A stretch of 64,000 nt of DNA from Heptranchias perlo (lineage: Eukaryota), in assembly GCF_035084215.1 (NCBI RefSeq), contig NC_090350.1:33728001-33792000 (forward strand). Reading direction: 5' to 3'. This document shows, piece after piece, positions 41,330 through 53,500 of this stretch. The notes under the pieces were generated by a model. It had not been told where the DNA came from, made no database searches, and was given only the letters and a program-made list of their open reading frames with translations. The position numbers were made by a program, and so were the translations under genes. How positions within the stretch are numbered: position 1 is the first letter of the stretch; every line of letters starts with the position of its first letter.

Positions 41330-42250
41330 CAGGGAAGGGGAAAAAAGGGGGAGGGGTGACAGTATTGATCAAAGATACTGTTACAGCCCTTGAAAGGGAT
41401 GATGTGCTAGAGGATTCAAAATAGAATCTATTTGGTTAGAATTAATGAACAATGGAGGAGCTATTACACTGCTGGGTGTATACTATAGACCACCAAATAG
41501 TGGGAAGGAGATGGAGGAGCAAATCTATGAGCAAATTTCAGAAAGATGTAAAAACAACAGAGTAGTTATAATGGGGGACTTCAATTATCCTAATATAGGC
41601 TGGGGGAGGGGGTAAAGGGCAAGGAGAAGAATTCCTAAAATGTGTACAGGGGCAATTTCTTTTGGAGTATGTTTCCAGCCAACAACGAAGGAAGCCATGC
41701 TGGACCTAGTTCTGGAGAATGAAGTGGGGCAAGTGCAGCACGTTTCAGTAGGACAGCATCTGGGAAACAGTGATAACAATATTAGGTTTAGAGTAGTTAT
41801 GGAAAGGCACAAGGAACAATCAACGATGGAGATACTCAACTGGATGGGGGCTAATTTCAGTGAGTTGTAAAGCGATCTGGCCCAGGTGGAATGGAAATAA
41901 AAGATTGGTAGGTAAAGCAGTAAATGAGCAATGGGAGGCCTTCAAAGAGGAAATAGTTCAGGTACAGACTAAACACATTCGCATGTGGGGTAAGGAAGGG
42001 TATGCAAAGCTAGAGCTCTCTGGGTGACTAAAGAAATTAAGATTAAAATGAAACAGGAAAAGGAGGCTTATGAGAAATGTTCAGTTCATAATACAGTAGT
42101 GAATCAAGCAGAATACAAAAAGTGCAAAGCAGAACTGAAAAAGGAAATAAGAGGGGCAAAGAGTGCATATGTCACAGTAAAGGAGGAGGGTGTAGAGAAA
42201 TGGATAGGATAAAAATAGATAAAGATGCAGTACTTCGGGAGAGATTAAGG
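41330..42250 (+). mobile_element. CR1 LINE endonuclease-region fragment
   Basis: GVYYRPPNSG; IMGDFNYPNI.W; PT.KEAMLDLVL.NE; HLGNSD.N. Confidence 0.85.
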
Positions 42251-43074
42251 AAACTGGGATGTCTTTTTAGAGCAGTGAAGGCTACGAGATTTAATAGTGG
42301 TGTTCAAAATTATGAGGGTTTTTTTGTAAGAATAGATATGTTTTTACATTATTCTAATATGGAAAAGCTAATGTAGACAGAATTGGTTTAAACTGTGCAA
42401 TCACAATTTCTATCTTGATCACAGTGATGCTGATAACATTGGAGAGGATGAATTTCAGGGCCGAAGACCTTGTACTGTAAGGATAGGCGCATGTAGATTA
42501 TAAAATAAATAAGTTAATTAGCATTAATGATATAATATGAAGCTAAAATGGTTGTTAGCTTAAGAAAGGTTAGGCTTTTGAAAAACAGGATTTTGATCAC
42601 AGCAGTGAGGAGTGTAAAAGAAGGAAATTACAGAAGTATATGGGAATAGGTTCCTTTCACTAGAGATTGCAAGGGGTAAGATATCAAAGGCTATGGTTCG
42701 GGAAGAGCAAAGATAGCAACGGTACAATGTGACAGGATATAAGGCCCCCCATCATTATCTAACAATCTGTTCTACGGGTCATAAAACACCCAGTAGAGTG
42801 GAATCCAACAAGACTAGACAATGAAAGAAAATGGTATAAAAAGAAGTCCAATGTTTCACTTAGTGGGAACTTTGACTACCTTCAAGACCAAGTAGCGTGA
42901 ACAGGCTTGGATAAGCAATGCGATTCCCGCGAAGTTCTCTACACATTAGGCTAATGTATACTATTCTGTATGAAGTTTTAAGATGAATGTTTTGAAACAA
43001 TAATAAATGAAGTCAATTGTCAGACATATTACTGTCTCTAGCTTTTCAAATCTATTACAAGGAATTATCTAGCA

Positions 43075-44545
43075 GTTTTGATAGAGTAAATAAGGATAAA
43101 CTGATTTCACTAGCGGGTGGGTAGGTATCCAGAGGAAACAGATTTGAGATAATTGGCAAAAGAACCAGAGGGGAGATGAGATATTTGTTTTACACAGTGA
43201 GTTGTTAGGATCTGGAATGCGCTGCCTGAAAGGGTGGGGTAAGCAGATTCAATAGTAACTTTGAAAAGGGAATTGGTTTTATACTTGAAAAGGAAAATCT
43301 TCCATGGGCTGTGGGGAAAGAGCGGTGGAGTGGGACTAATTGGATAGCTCTTTCAAAGAGCCAGCAGAGGCACAATGGGCCAAATGGCCTCCTTCTGTAC
43401 TCTTTGATTCCACTTTAAAAAGATGGCAGCGCTCAAAGTAGAAAAATCACTCGGTCTGGATGGGATTCATCCTAGGTTGCTGAGGGAAGTAAGGGAGGAA
43501 ATAGCAGAGGCTCTGGCCACAATCTTTCAGTCCTTTTTGGAGGGTTGCAAATATTACACCCTTTTTCAAAAAGGGGAGAGGGATAAACCCAGTAACTACA
43601 GCCTAACTTTGGTGTTGGGGAAACTTCTAGAGATCATAATCCAGGACAAAATTAATTTTCGCTTGGAAAAACATGAGTTAATTAATGACAACCAACATGA
43701 ATTTGTTAAAGGCAAGTCGTGTCTGACAAACTAGGTTGAGTTTTTCAATAAAAATAACAGAGAGGGCTGATGAGGGTAGTGCAGTTGATGTTGTGTATAT
43801 GGACTTTCAAAAGGCATTGGAGAAGGTGCCACATAATAGACGTTAGCAAAATTGAAGCCCATGGGATTAAAGGGGCAATAGCAGCATGGATACGAAATTC
43901 GCTAAGAGACAGAATGCAGACATTGGTGGTGAACGGTTGTTTTTCAGACTGAAGTACACCGTGGTGTCCCCCAAGGGTCAGTATTAGGACCACTGCTCCT
44001 TTGGATATATATTAATGACCTGGATTTGGGTATAGAGGGCAACAGTGAGGATAATAGTAGACTGTTGAAATGGACAGACACATGGGCAGATGAAATTTAA
44101 TGGAGAGAAGTGTGAAGTGATGCATTTTGGGAGGATGAATGAGGAGACACAATATAAACTAAATGGTACAACTTTAAAGGGGGTGCAGGAACAGAGAAAT
44201 CTGGGGGGGTTCACATACATAAATCTTTGAAGGTGGCAGGACAAGTTGATAAAATTGTTTAAAAAGCATATGGGATCCTTGGCTTTATAGAGACATAGGG
44301 TACAAAAGCAAGAATAGTATGCTAAACCTTTATAAATCATTGGTTCGGCCTGAGCTGGAATATTGTGTGTTTAGGACAGATTTAAAGTCCTTGGAGAGAG
44401 TGCAGAGGAGAATTACCAGAGATGAGGGACTTCAGTTACATGGAGAAACTGGAGAAGCTGGGATCGTTCTCCTTAAAGTAGAGGTTAAGGGGAAATTTAA
44501 TAGAGGTGTTCAAAATTCTGAGCGGTTCTGCTAAGAGTAAATAAG
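43075..44545 (+). mobile_element. CR1 LINE fragments (3' end 43075-43410; RT region 43420-44545)
   Basis: KSLGLDGIHPRLLREVREEIAEALATIFQS; [13 protein letters not shown]; LNLYKSLVRPELEYCV. Confidence 0.88.
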
Positions 44546-44680
44546 GTCACTCTATCTGTCCCTTATCCATACCTTCTCTGTGCCCACCTCCCAATCTCCT
44601 CTATCCCTTCTTTCTCTCCCCCCTCCTCCTCCAAACCTCCTTTCTGTCCCCCCCCCAAACCTTCTTTCTGTCCCCCCCTC

Positions 44681-45102
44681 CTGTCCCTTCTTTCTCTCCT
44701 CTTCCCCACTCCTCCTGTCCCTTCTTTCTCTCCTCTTCCCCACTCCTCCTGTCCCTTCTTTCTCTCCTCTTCCCCACTCCTCCTGTCCCTTCTTTCTCTC
44801 CTCTTCCCCACTCCTCCTGTCCCTTCTTTCTCTCCTCTTCCCCACTCCTCCTGTCCCTTCTTTCTCTCCTCTTCCCCACTCCTCCTGTCCCTTCTTTCTC
44901 TCCTCTTCCCCACTCCTCCTGTCCCTTCTTTCTCTCCTCTTCCCCACTCCTCCTGTCCCTTCTTTCTCTCCTCTTCCCCACTCCTCCTGTCCCTTCTTTC
45001 TCTCCTCTTCCCCACTCCTCCTGTCCCTTCTTTCTCTCCTCTTCCCCACTCCTCCTGTCCCTTCTTTCTCTCCTCTTCCCCACTCCTCCTGTCCCTTCTT
45101 TC
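44681..45102 (+). repeat. 34-bp polypyrimidine minisatellite, 12 perfect copies plus a partial copy
   Basis: Unit CTGTCCCTTCTTTCTCTCCTCTTCCCCACTCCTC starts at 44681, 44715 ... 44851 ... 45021, 45055, 45089 (partial); degenerate units at 44550-44680. Confidence 0.97.
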
Positions 45103-45119
45103 CCTTTCCTCTGGGTCCC

Positions 45120-45364
45120 TCCACCCCTGTTGCCGCTTCTCCCTCTTGGCAGCGCGCGTTGCTGGCCCTCTCCTATCCCGGCCTCCCATTGGCTGGCGGT
45201 GTCGTTGCTGTGCAGCCGGGGCCGCTCCGTGCAGGTGATGGTGGGAAACCCCGTGCCGCGCCGGGAGCGGGATCCATGAGGCGGCCGCAGCCATTTTATT
45301 GACAGCTTCACATTAAATTAATCAGACCGGGGCAGAGCCGCTGCGCCGTTAGCCCGGAGACACG
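45120..45364 (+). promoter_or_regulatory. HNRNPR CpG-island promoter and putative non-coding exon 1
   Basis: CpG-rich; CCAAT box (ATTGG at ~45188); YY1 site GCCATTTT at 45290; donor ACG/gtaaga at 45364/45365; next acceptor at 50420 precedes the ATG exon. Confidence 0.7.
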
Positions 45365-47343
45365 GTAAGAACTCGAGGTGCGCCTATAGCCCGCACTGAG
45401 GTGGGCCTGGGAGCATACACTTTAACCCCTGCTGTGGGCAAATTGAACTTGTCGAGCAGCGCAGTTGCGGCATGGGCGTGAGGCGGCTGGGCTGGGCAGT
45501 AGGCCTCAGTGCATCACTTTGTCTCCCCCCCCCCCCCCCCTTTGGCTTGCAGAGCGCACGATTTTTGGGCTAAAATTTTGTGGCTCTAATGGAAATAAAT
45601 CCGATTTGCAATGTTTTTTTTGATGCAAATATGATTGCGGCAAATACGCGTGTGTTTGCGCTGCCGGAGTTTATACGTTGCGTTCGAGATAGTTCAAATT
45701 TAATGTTGCCTCTGTGCAGAGAGGCCTCCTGTCTGCGACTATCAGCAGCTTCTGAGTAGCAGTGAGCTGGTTCGAATTGCACTCTTACTCGAAACGAGCT
45801 TTGAGAGCTTTTGATCTAATTTGTAACACTTGATTTTTATTTTGCTTGCAAAAACAATCTTAAAAATCTAGATGTATTGTTTTTATGACTCTACCTTTGT
45901 TCTTTAGTTATTTTAAATTTATGCAACCTCGATCGAATGGAGTTATTTACCTTCAATTTTCTGATTTTTTTTCTCTCTCCAATTGTAACATGGGTACGAA
46001 AAACGGCGCGTTTTTTTGGCACATGGGTTCTGAGTTGTGATACATTGTCAATGTTATTTTTAGTCTTGTCTCGTAGTAGCAAATCCAGGAGTGCCGTAGT
46101 ATCAATTTGCCTGGTTGATGTTTTCCATTGACATTTTCTTTAAAATGCACGGGAAAACGCATTTTTCTCCCTTTGGCGGAGAATATTTGAAAAACCGGAT
46201 TCTTTGAGTCTTAAACGTACTTTTTAAATCAAGGATACTCTGAGGATTGAATATTTAACTACATTTTATATGTTTAGCTAAATTTGTCGCTTATTAGAAT
46301 ATAGTTTCTGCATGATCGACTGTTGATGCAACATGTGGCTTGTCCTCATTGTTGTGCAGAGTTGACGCATGGGCAAACTGGATATTTTAGTACACGTGGA
46401 TTAAATAGCATAGTTTTGTTTGGTGATAAGAGTGTGAGTGGCTTTTTGGTCATAAAAGCGCTGAGAGAATGATTTGTAGCTTACATGGGAACTTTATATC
46501 CACATGCTTTGGAGTTTCATGAAGCTTAAGGGGTGTAATTTTTACCATGAAGTTTATAAATTTACTACTGAGCTTTAATGTTCAGAAACACCTTTATTTG
46601 GGAAAATGTATTGTTAGTCTAAATGTAGTTTCTATCTACCTGGGATATATACTTGACCAGTAAAGGAGTTTTGCAAGTGGTGATATGGTATAACTTACAT
46701 AATGGATCTTGAGCTTTTGCATAGCAGTTTATATTTTTCATTAGTGCTTTAAAATTTATTGATGGGCCATATACTTTTTGTATTTCAGTTAGCTTAGGCA
46801 CTGGATACATCTTTCCCAAGCATTTAAATTGATATGTATGTGACGTTACCTATATGTATGGTGTTTAAGTTTGAAGCTTTAATGCGGGTCATATTGTCTA
46901 ATCGAAATGTTTTCTTGAAGTGGTGCCACTTGAAACTGGCAGCAATTATTCTTGTTAAATTACTACATAATTGGAGGTGAAACTTTTGTAATTTGAGCTG
47001 CATTACTGATATTTTAGTGCTCAAGGCTGGCTTATCATTTGAAAGAATTTGCTTTCTGCCCTGAAAGTTTAATCTTAAATACCACGCAATGTGTGATTGA
47101 TAATTACTTAAAGATTTAATTTAATGCATGTTTTTGAACTGGATTGTGTAAATTCCATGTTATGTGTTTCATTTGTGATGGTACATTTTGCTATTTATTA
47201 AGTTTCAGAAAATTGTGCACTTGATACCACAGCTTGAAATAGAAGTATACACAGTTGAACATTCAAATTGGCATAATTTGAAATGTTTTTAAAAAAAAAC
47301 ATGTGGCTCTCATGGCATCCCTGCCTTCCCAGACAGTAGTGAT

Positions 47344-47345
<2 letters not shown>

Positions 47346-47386
<41 letters not shown>
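47346..47386 (+). repeat. (GT)20 microsatellite
   Basis: Read directly from sequence. Confidence 0.95.
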
Positions 47387-47389
<3 letters not shown>

Positions 47390-47834
47390 AAGAATTGGAA
47401 ATCGCTCCATATTGTTTTCCCTACATTACTAGTGTCTATGTGTCAAAAGTAACTAATTGGCTATGATGCCCTTTCAGACATCGAGATTGTAAAAGGTGCT
47501 ATATAAACGCAAGCTTTTTTTTCCTACAATATTGGTAATTTCCAACTGCTTGTTAAAAATGGTCACTAGATGATATGAATCCAAATTTACCCCCTGTTGT
47601 ATTTACATAATCAGGTAGAGGGAGGTGATTTCGTTCATGAAAAGACTTCTCAAACCAGGTTTCATTCCTTAATACGCACTAGTAGTTATATTTGGTTTAT
47701 GCAACAAAAAACACATTTTCCCCTCCCAGGTGATCAACATTGTCATTTGCCTACTATACAATCACATTTTATTTTGTTGGTGTGTCAAGTTATATTTTCC
47801 TCGATTCATTGTTGTATTATGGTATTTGATCATA

Positions 47835-47921
47835 TAATCTTACAGCACAGAAGGCAGCCATTCGGCCCATTGTGTCCTCATCCCAGATTTTCTTTTCCTC
47901 GCAGCCCTGCAAGTTTTTCCT

Positions 47922-47952
<31 letters not shown>

Positions 47953-49500
47953 ATACTATTGAATCTGCTTCCACTACCCTTTCAGCTAGTGCATTCCAGA
48001 TCATAATTTGCTGCGTAAAAAAAATTCTCCTTCGCTCCCCTCTGGTTCTTTTTCTAGTTATCTTATATCTGTGTCCTCTGGTTACCGACCCACCCGCTAG
48101 AGGAAACATTTTCTCCTTAATTACTCTTATCAAACCCACTCATAATTTTGAACACCTGTACTAAATCTCCCTTTAACCTTCTTGTCTCTAAGGAGACAAT
48201 CCCAACTCTGTAGTCTCTCCACATAACTGAAGTCCCTCATCACTGGTATCATTCTGGTAAATCTCTGCTGTATCCTATCCAAGGCCTTGACATCCATCCT
48301 AAAGTGTGGTGCCCAGAATTGGACACAATACTTCAGCTGGGACCTAGCCAGTGATTTATAAAGGTTTAGCATAACTTCCTTGCTTTTGTAATCTATGCCT
48401 CTGTTTATAAAGCCAAGGCTCCAATATGCCTCGTTAACAGTATTATCAACTTGTCCTGCCACCATCACGGATTTGTGTATGTGAACCCCCAGGTTTCTCT
48501 GTTCCTGGATCCCCCTTAATATTATACCACTTAATTTATATTATTTCTCATTCTTACTCCCAAAATGCATCACTTCACACCTGCATTAAATTTCGTCTGC
48601 CTATTTCACCAGTCTATGTCCTCCTGAAGTCGACTACTATCCTTCTCACTGTTTACCACATTTACCAGTTTTGTGTCATCTGCAAACTTTGAAATTGTGC
48701 CCCCATACCCAAGTCCAGCTGATTAATATATATCCAAAGGAGCAGTGGTCCTAATACTGACCCCTGAGGGACATGACTGCATACTTCCCTCCAGTCTGAA
48801 AAATAACTGTTTGCCACTACTTTCTGCTTTCTGTCTCTTAGCCAAATTCATATCCATGCTGCCACTGCTTCTTTCATCCCATGGGCTTCAATTTTGTTAA
48901 CAAGTCTATTATGTAGTATTAAATCTAATGCCGTTTGAAAGTCCATATACACATCATCAACTGCACAACCGTCATCAACCATCTCCATTATTTCATCAAA
49001 GAACTCAATCTAGTTTGTCAGACACGACTTGCCTTTCGTGACCTGTGTTGGCTGGCGTTAATTAACCCAGGCTTTGCCATGTGAAATTTAATTTTGTCCC
49101 GGATTATGGTCTCTAGAAGTTTTTCCATGACTGACGTTCGGCTGACTGGCCTGTAGTTACTGGGTTTGTCCCTCTTCCCCCTTTTTGAACATGGATGTAA
49201 CATTTGCAACCCTCCAGTACTCTGGCACCACACTCATTTCCAAGGAGGATTGATAGATTGTAGCCAGAACCTCTGCTATTTCCACCTGTACTTTTCTCAG
49301 CAACGTCTGATGCGTCCCATCTGGACCGGGTGACGTTTTTACTTTGAGCGCTGCCAACATTTAAGTACCTGTTTATCTATTTTTATCCTCCTTTACTGTG
49401 ACATTGGTACTCATTCGTTACCTCAGCCATGCCCGCTGCTTATGCAAGATGATTTCCTTTTTGGTCCCTAATCGGCCCCACCCTTCCTTTGACTATCCTT
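47835..49500 (-). mobile_element. CR1 LINE RT region to 3' end, degenerate; contains (GT)14 at 47924-47952
   Basis: SPGPDG.H..LLRKV..EIAE.LATIYQSSL; NYRPVS.TSV.EKLLETIIRD; LNLYKSLAR.QLKYCVQFWAPH. Confidence 0.9.
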
Positions 49501-50432
49501 GTAGACTGGTTTCTGTCTTAATTATATTATTCTCTGGTGTATGCACCGTTCAAAAATAACAGATGCACAACTGCGGTTTGTGTGAATTTTTGGTTAGCTG
49601 CAAGTAATGTGGTTGTTCAGAAATACTTGTTTTAAGGTTTGGATATTTGTTTTTTTTTATTCATTCAAGACAAGTTTTTTGAAATAGAGAAGCATTCATT
49701 CAAAAATATGCTTGTGCTTTGATTTGGAATTAGATTTTCTGAGGTGAAAGGAGTAAGGTTCTGCTGTCCAGGAAACTGACATTATTTACACTGCCAGTGT
49801 GTTAGCTTTTGTGAATTTTTGCTCAATAGATTGTGCTTATCAATATGAGTGATCACAGTAGGGGCTGATCAAGTTTGTTTAAATTATTACTAAAGTGTAA
49901 AATAACTGCTCTGGATAAATCTTTGCCGAGATAACTCGGTACTGGAAGATTTTCCTCTGTACCAAGTACCAGCATCAAGCACCATCAGGTCAGGCATAGT
50001 TCCAGTTAGATATGTAGCATAGAGCCCACTCTCCGCAGATTTAATAAGGTGCCTGAATTCCAAGCTCAGGAGAGCACCCCTACTGAACCAGCGTGACATT
50101 TCCATTTCCTACACTAGCCATCTCTGTTTCTGAGTGGTGAATAGTGGGCAGTTTTTGCGTTGTGGACTTAAGCCCACTGGGAAATGCCCAAACTCATTTC
50201 ACTTAGGACCTTTAAATGCTTTAGGACAGAAGAAACTTTCATCTCGTTTGTCTGGGCTAGATTTAAACTCTGGTCCCAGAGGTGAAGGAACAGTGTTCTT
50301 GCCCACTGTACCGCCCCAAGTCCCCGTGTTTACGTAGCATTTTGAAATAAAGCCTTGTGACAATTTGATATGCAGAGGATAAAAAAATGGTCTTAAATAG
50401 TATTATTTTTTTCATTCCAGCTGTAATTAGAA

Positions 50433-50592
50433 ATGGCTACTGAGGTGAATGGAAATGCAGCGCAGGTGAAGGAGGAGGAAGAACCCATGGATACCTCATC
50501 TGCTGTCACCCATTCAGAACACTACCAGGTGCTAATAGATGCTGGCTTGCCACAGAAAGTAGCAGAAAGGCTAGATGATATCTTTCAAACAG
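50433..50592 (+). CDS. HNRNPR: HNRNPR coding exon 1
   Basis: [54 protein letters not shown]; acceptor at 50420. Confidence 0.96.
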
Positions 50593-53500
50593 GTATAATA
50601 TGCCCTGACCTGTGGTTTTAGTAGTCCAAACTATTGCTTTAACCTGAAAATGATATGTAACTGGCAAAGTCCTGATTTGCTGTGTCAAATTTGAGAGAGA
50701 TGGATTTGATACTTGATGTATTTGTTGAATTCAAAAGATATTGCTGTTTATTATTTCTGCCAGCATTTGTAGTGGTATTGGTAGTGCATTATTTTGTGTG
50801 TCATTAATTTGTGTAGGGCTCAAAATTAAAGCAACGGAACCACTGGAGGGCAGGAGCAATAGCTGACGGTAGTCACTGTCCGCTGAGTTAAATGCTTAAA
50901 ACAAGCTTGGTGTATTTTCACAGGTGTTTGAAAGTTGTGTGCACAAAAAGCATACACAAAACATATATGATACGTTTGGTAGGCAGTTATTGTGAAAAAT
51001 TTTGTTTATATGTACATGTGCTTATAGCTGCATTGTTAAATGCATTGATCTTAGTTTAGTACATTTGCTAATTTTGAGCCCTACCTAAACTGCTAATGTC
51101 TATTATTGCATACAACCATAAAGTGGAGATATGCAATATGTTTTTAGCGCCTGCTGAAGGCAAGTAATAGTTTTGATGTGCTTCTGGTATTACAGTACTT
51201 GTTTAACTTAGTTTGTGGCATCACATCAAATATCCAGAGGGGTTGAGTGACTGCTCTATGTCATACTCTAATTGCATCATATTTTCCTCAGAGATTGAGC
51301 TAAGTCAGTTGAATCGCATTTCAAATTAAGTTAATTTGATATTAAGTCCACAATAACGCATGTGTAAAAAACATTAAAATATCTTCAGAAGGTGTTCGCT
51401 GTGGAATATTGCTTGCAAGTGAGGAGAATGGAACAATTCAGAAATGTAAATATATAATTTTAAAGCATGGGGGGGTGCTTTAATAGCTTTATGTAAGTGG
51501 CTTTCACCTCTACAACATTCTGTTTCCCATTTTGAAAATCCTACTGCTGAAAATTAAAGTTGCCCTGGTTAGTTACTGCTGCAGGAGCTGTATATATTAA
51601 CTTGTTATGCAGTTTAGGTTTCCAGCTTGCCACCGTTTTAATGCTGAATGCTTACAATTGAAGTTTGTTGCAGTGATAGAAATTTGAAGTACGGCTAAAT
51701 CCTAAATATTCAAATAAATGTTGTTTTTAGAACATTAGCTAAGGTGGTCTTAGGGGCTGAGTTGAGTGTAAGATGGATTTCCCTCCTGATGAGATATAGT
51801 TAAATTAAACTAATCAGTTCACAAAAGGTACATATGGTATATGAAAAAGAGTTTGTGTGCATGGATGCTGCATGTATTATATCCAATAAATTGAATTTGT
51901 ATCTGGTTTCTTTGTATGTGTGTTGCAGGTTATTCCTGTATTTTTCATAGTATGTTAAAATATGCAAATACCTAATGTGGGCATCAGAAGCTCGTGTTAT
52001 CACTCAGAACACAGTGGTTCAAAGATTAATCAGTTTATGGAAACTTAGTCAGAAGCTGCAAATGATGTGGGCGGTAAGTTAAAACGTGCCTAAGAATTTC
52101 CACACAGCTCTGAAGACATGGATAAAGCAGAAACCCAGTTAATGTCATTGCATTTTTTTTTGTATTTTTTCCTCTGTTCCTAACCTTAACTTGAAAGCAG
52201 TTGTATAAATTTTCGATATAGGTCATGAAATTGGTACACTTGTACGAATTTATAGACACTCAAAAGTGCAATATTTAATTTGACTATTATTAGCAAACGA
52301 TTGTAATTATGCTTTTAATTTTGTTTTCAGGGATAGTATCTTATGCTGATCTTGATGAGAGAGCCATTGACGCCCTCAGAGAGTTCAATGAAGAAGGAGC
52401 ACTGTCCGTATTGCAACAGTTTAAGGAAAGTGACCTATCACACGTGCAGGTAATATAAAATGCAAATTTGCTCTGCTGATATGTTGTAGTGGTTAGGGAA
52501 CAATTTGCACTTTTTTGGCAATTGAGAAATTAAAAGGAGCATTGATTTTGGTTTTCCTTCAGTTTCATACAGTTGGAAGGAAGATGTAAAATGTCAAAAG
52601 GAAAACTCAAATCAAAAAATTTTGAAAGAAAAACTGTAACTAAAGAGAAGAATGGCAGGAAATGTAGACAAAAAAATGAGGGGGCGCAGTTTATAACATT
52701 TGATGTCATAAAACAAAATCTTCTGTATTTGACTCTTAATTTCAAATAATGCTTTCAACCAGTGTTGCAATTTCACATTATTGGTACCAATCTTTCCTTT
52801 TAGAATAAAAGTGCCTTTCTGTGTGGAGTAATGAAAACCTACAGGCAGCGGGAGAAGCAAGGTAGCAAAGTACAGGATGCTACCAAGGGTCCCGATGAGT
52901 CAAAAATTAAGGTAAAGGTGTTTTTGAAAATAAATGGGTTACAGTGGAAATATGCCAGATGGGTTTGTGTTTGCTTCTGATGGGTATGGCAGGGGAAAGG
53001 CGGATAAACAGTGTGGAAATAAATTCCAAATAAAGTCTACAAAAGTCTCTATATTTGGATTAATTAATTGCATAAAGCATCATAGTATTGCTGTAGTTTT
53101 GGATTCCATATATTTAACACAGAAATGATGCTCTGTTCTTTGCAAAAGGGTTGGCTATCCTCTTTCAACCAGCCAGTTGACTAGTATTAGCAACGGGGGC
53201 TTGTTAGAGTTCCCCTTTTTGCTGTTTTGCCACCTATTAAGAACATGGAGGACACTTTAATAGCTCCTGTGTCTTTGTGTGAAGTGATTTTCACCTCTCC
53301 ATAAAGTATTTTGCCTGCAGTCCTGAAAGCCTTGTTAGATTAAAAACACTACATTTTGCACATTACATGTCTGCAGTTCTTCTTCATATGTTCAGTAAAC
53401 GACCCAAGAATTGTGTGTACACATGCTCTCTGGAAATCTTGAGTGTAATGAATGAAGTGCCACTAGCAAGGTCTTGTTCTGAAGGTGTGCTTAGCTTTTC

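Noticed and set aside
44681-45102. Array with a CRISPR-like repeat length (34 bp)
   Set aside because: Units are contiguous with no spacers, there are no cas genes, and the context is vertebrate.
44552-45311. Four 190-243 aa ORFs on both strands
   Set aside because: They are translations of the stop-free 34-bp minisatellite; no independent sign of a gene.
52550-52750. Acceptor-like TTTTCCTTCAG and purine-rich stretch in an HNRNPR intron, as a poison exon
   Set aside because: No convincing downstream donor; cannot be supported without RNA data.
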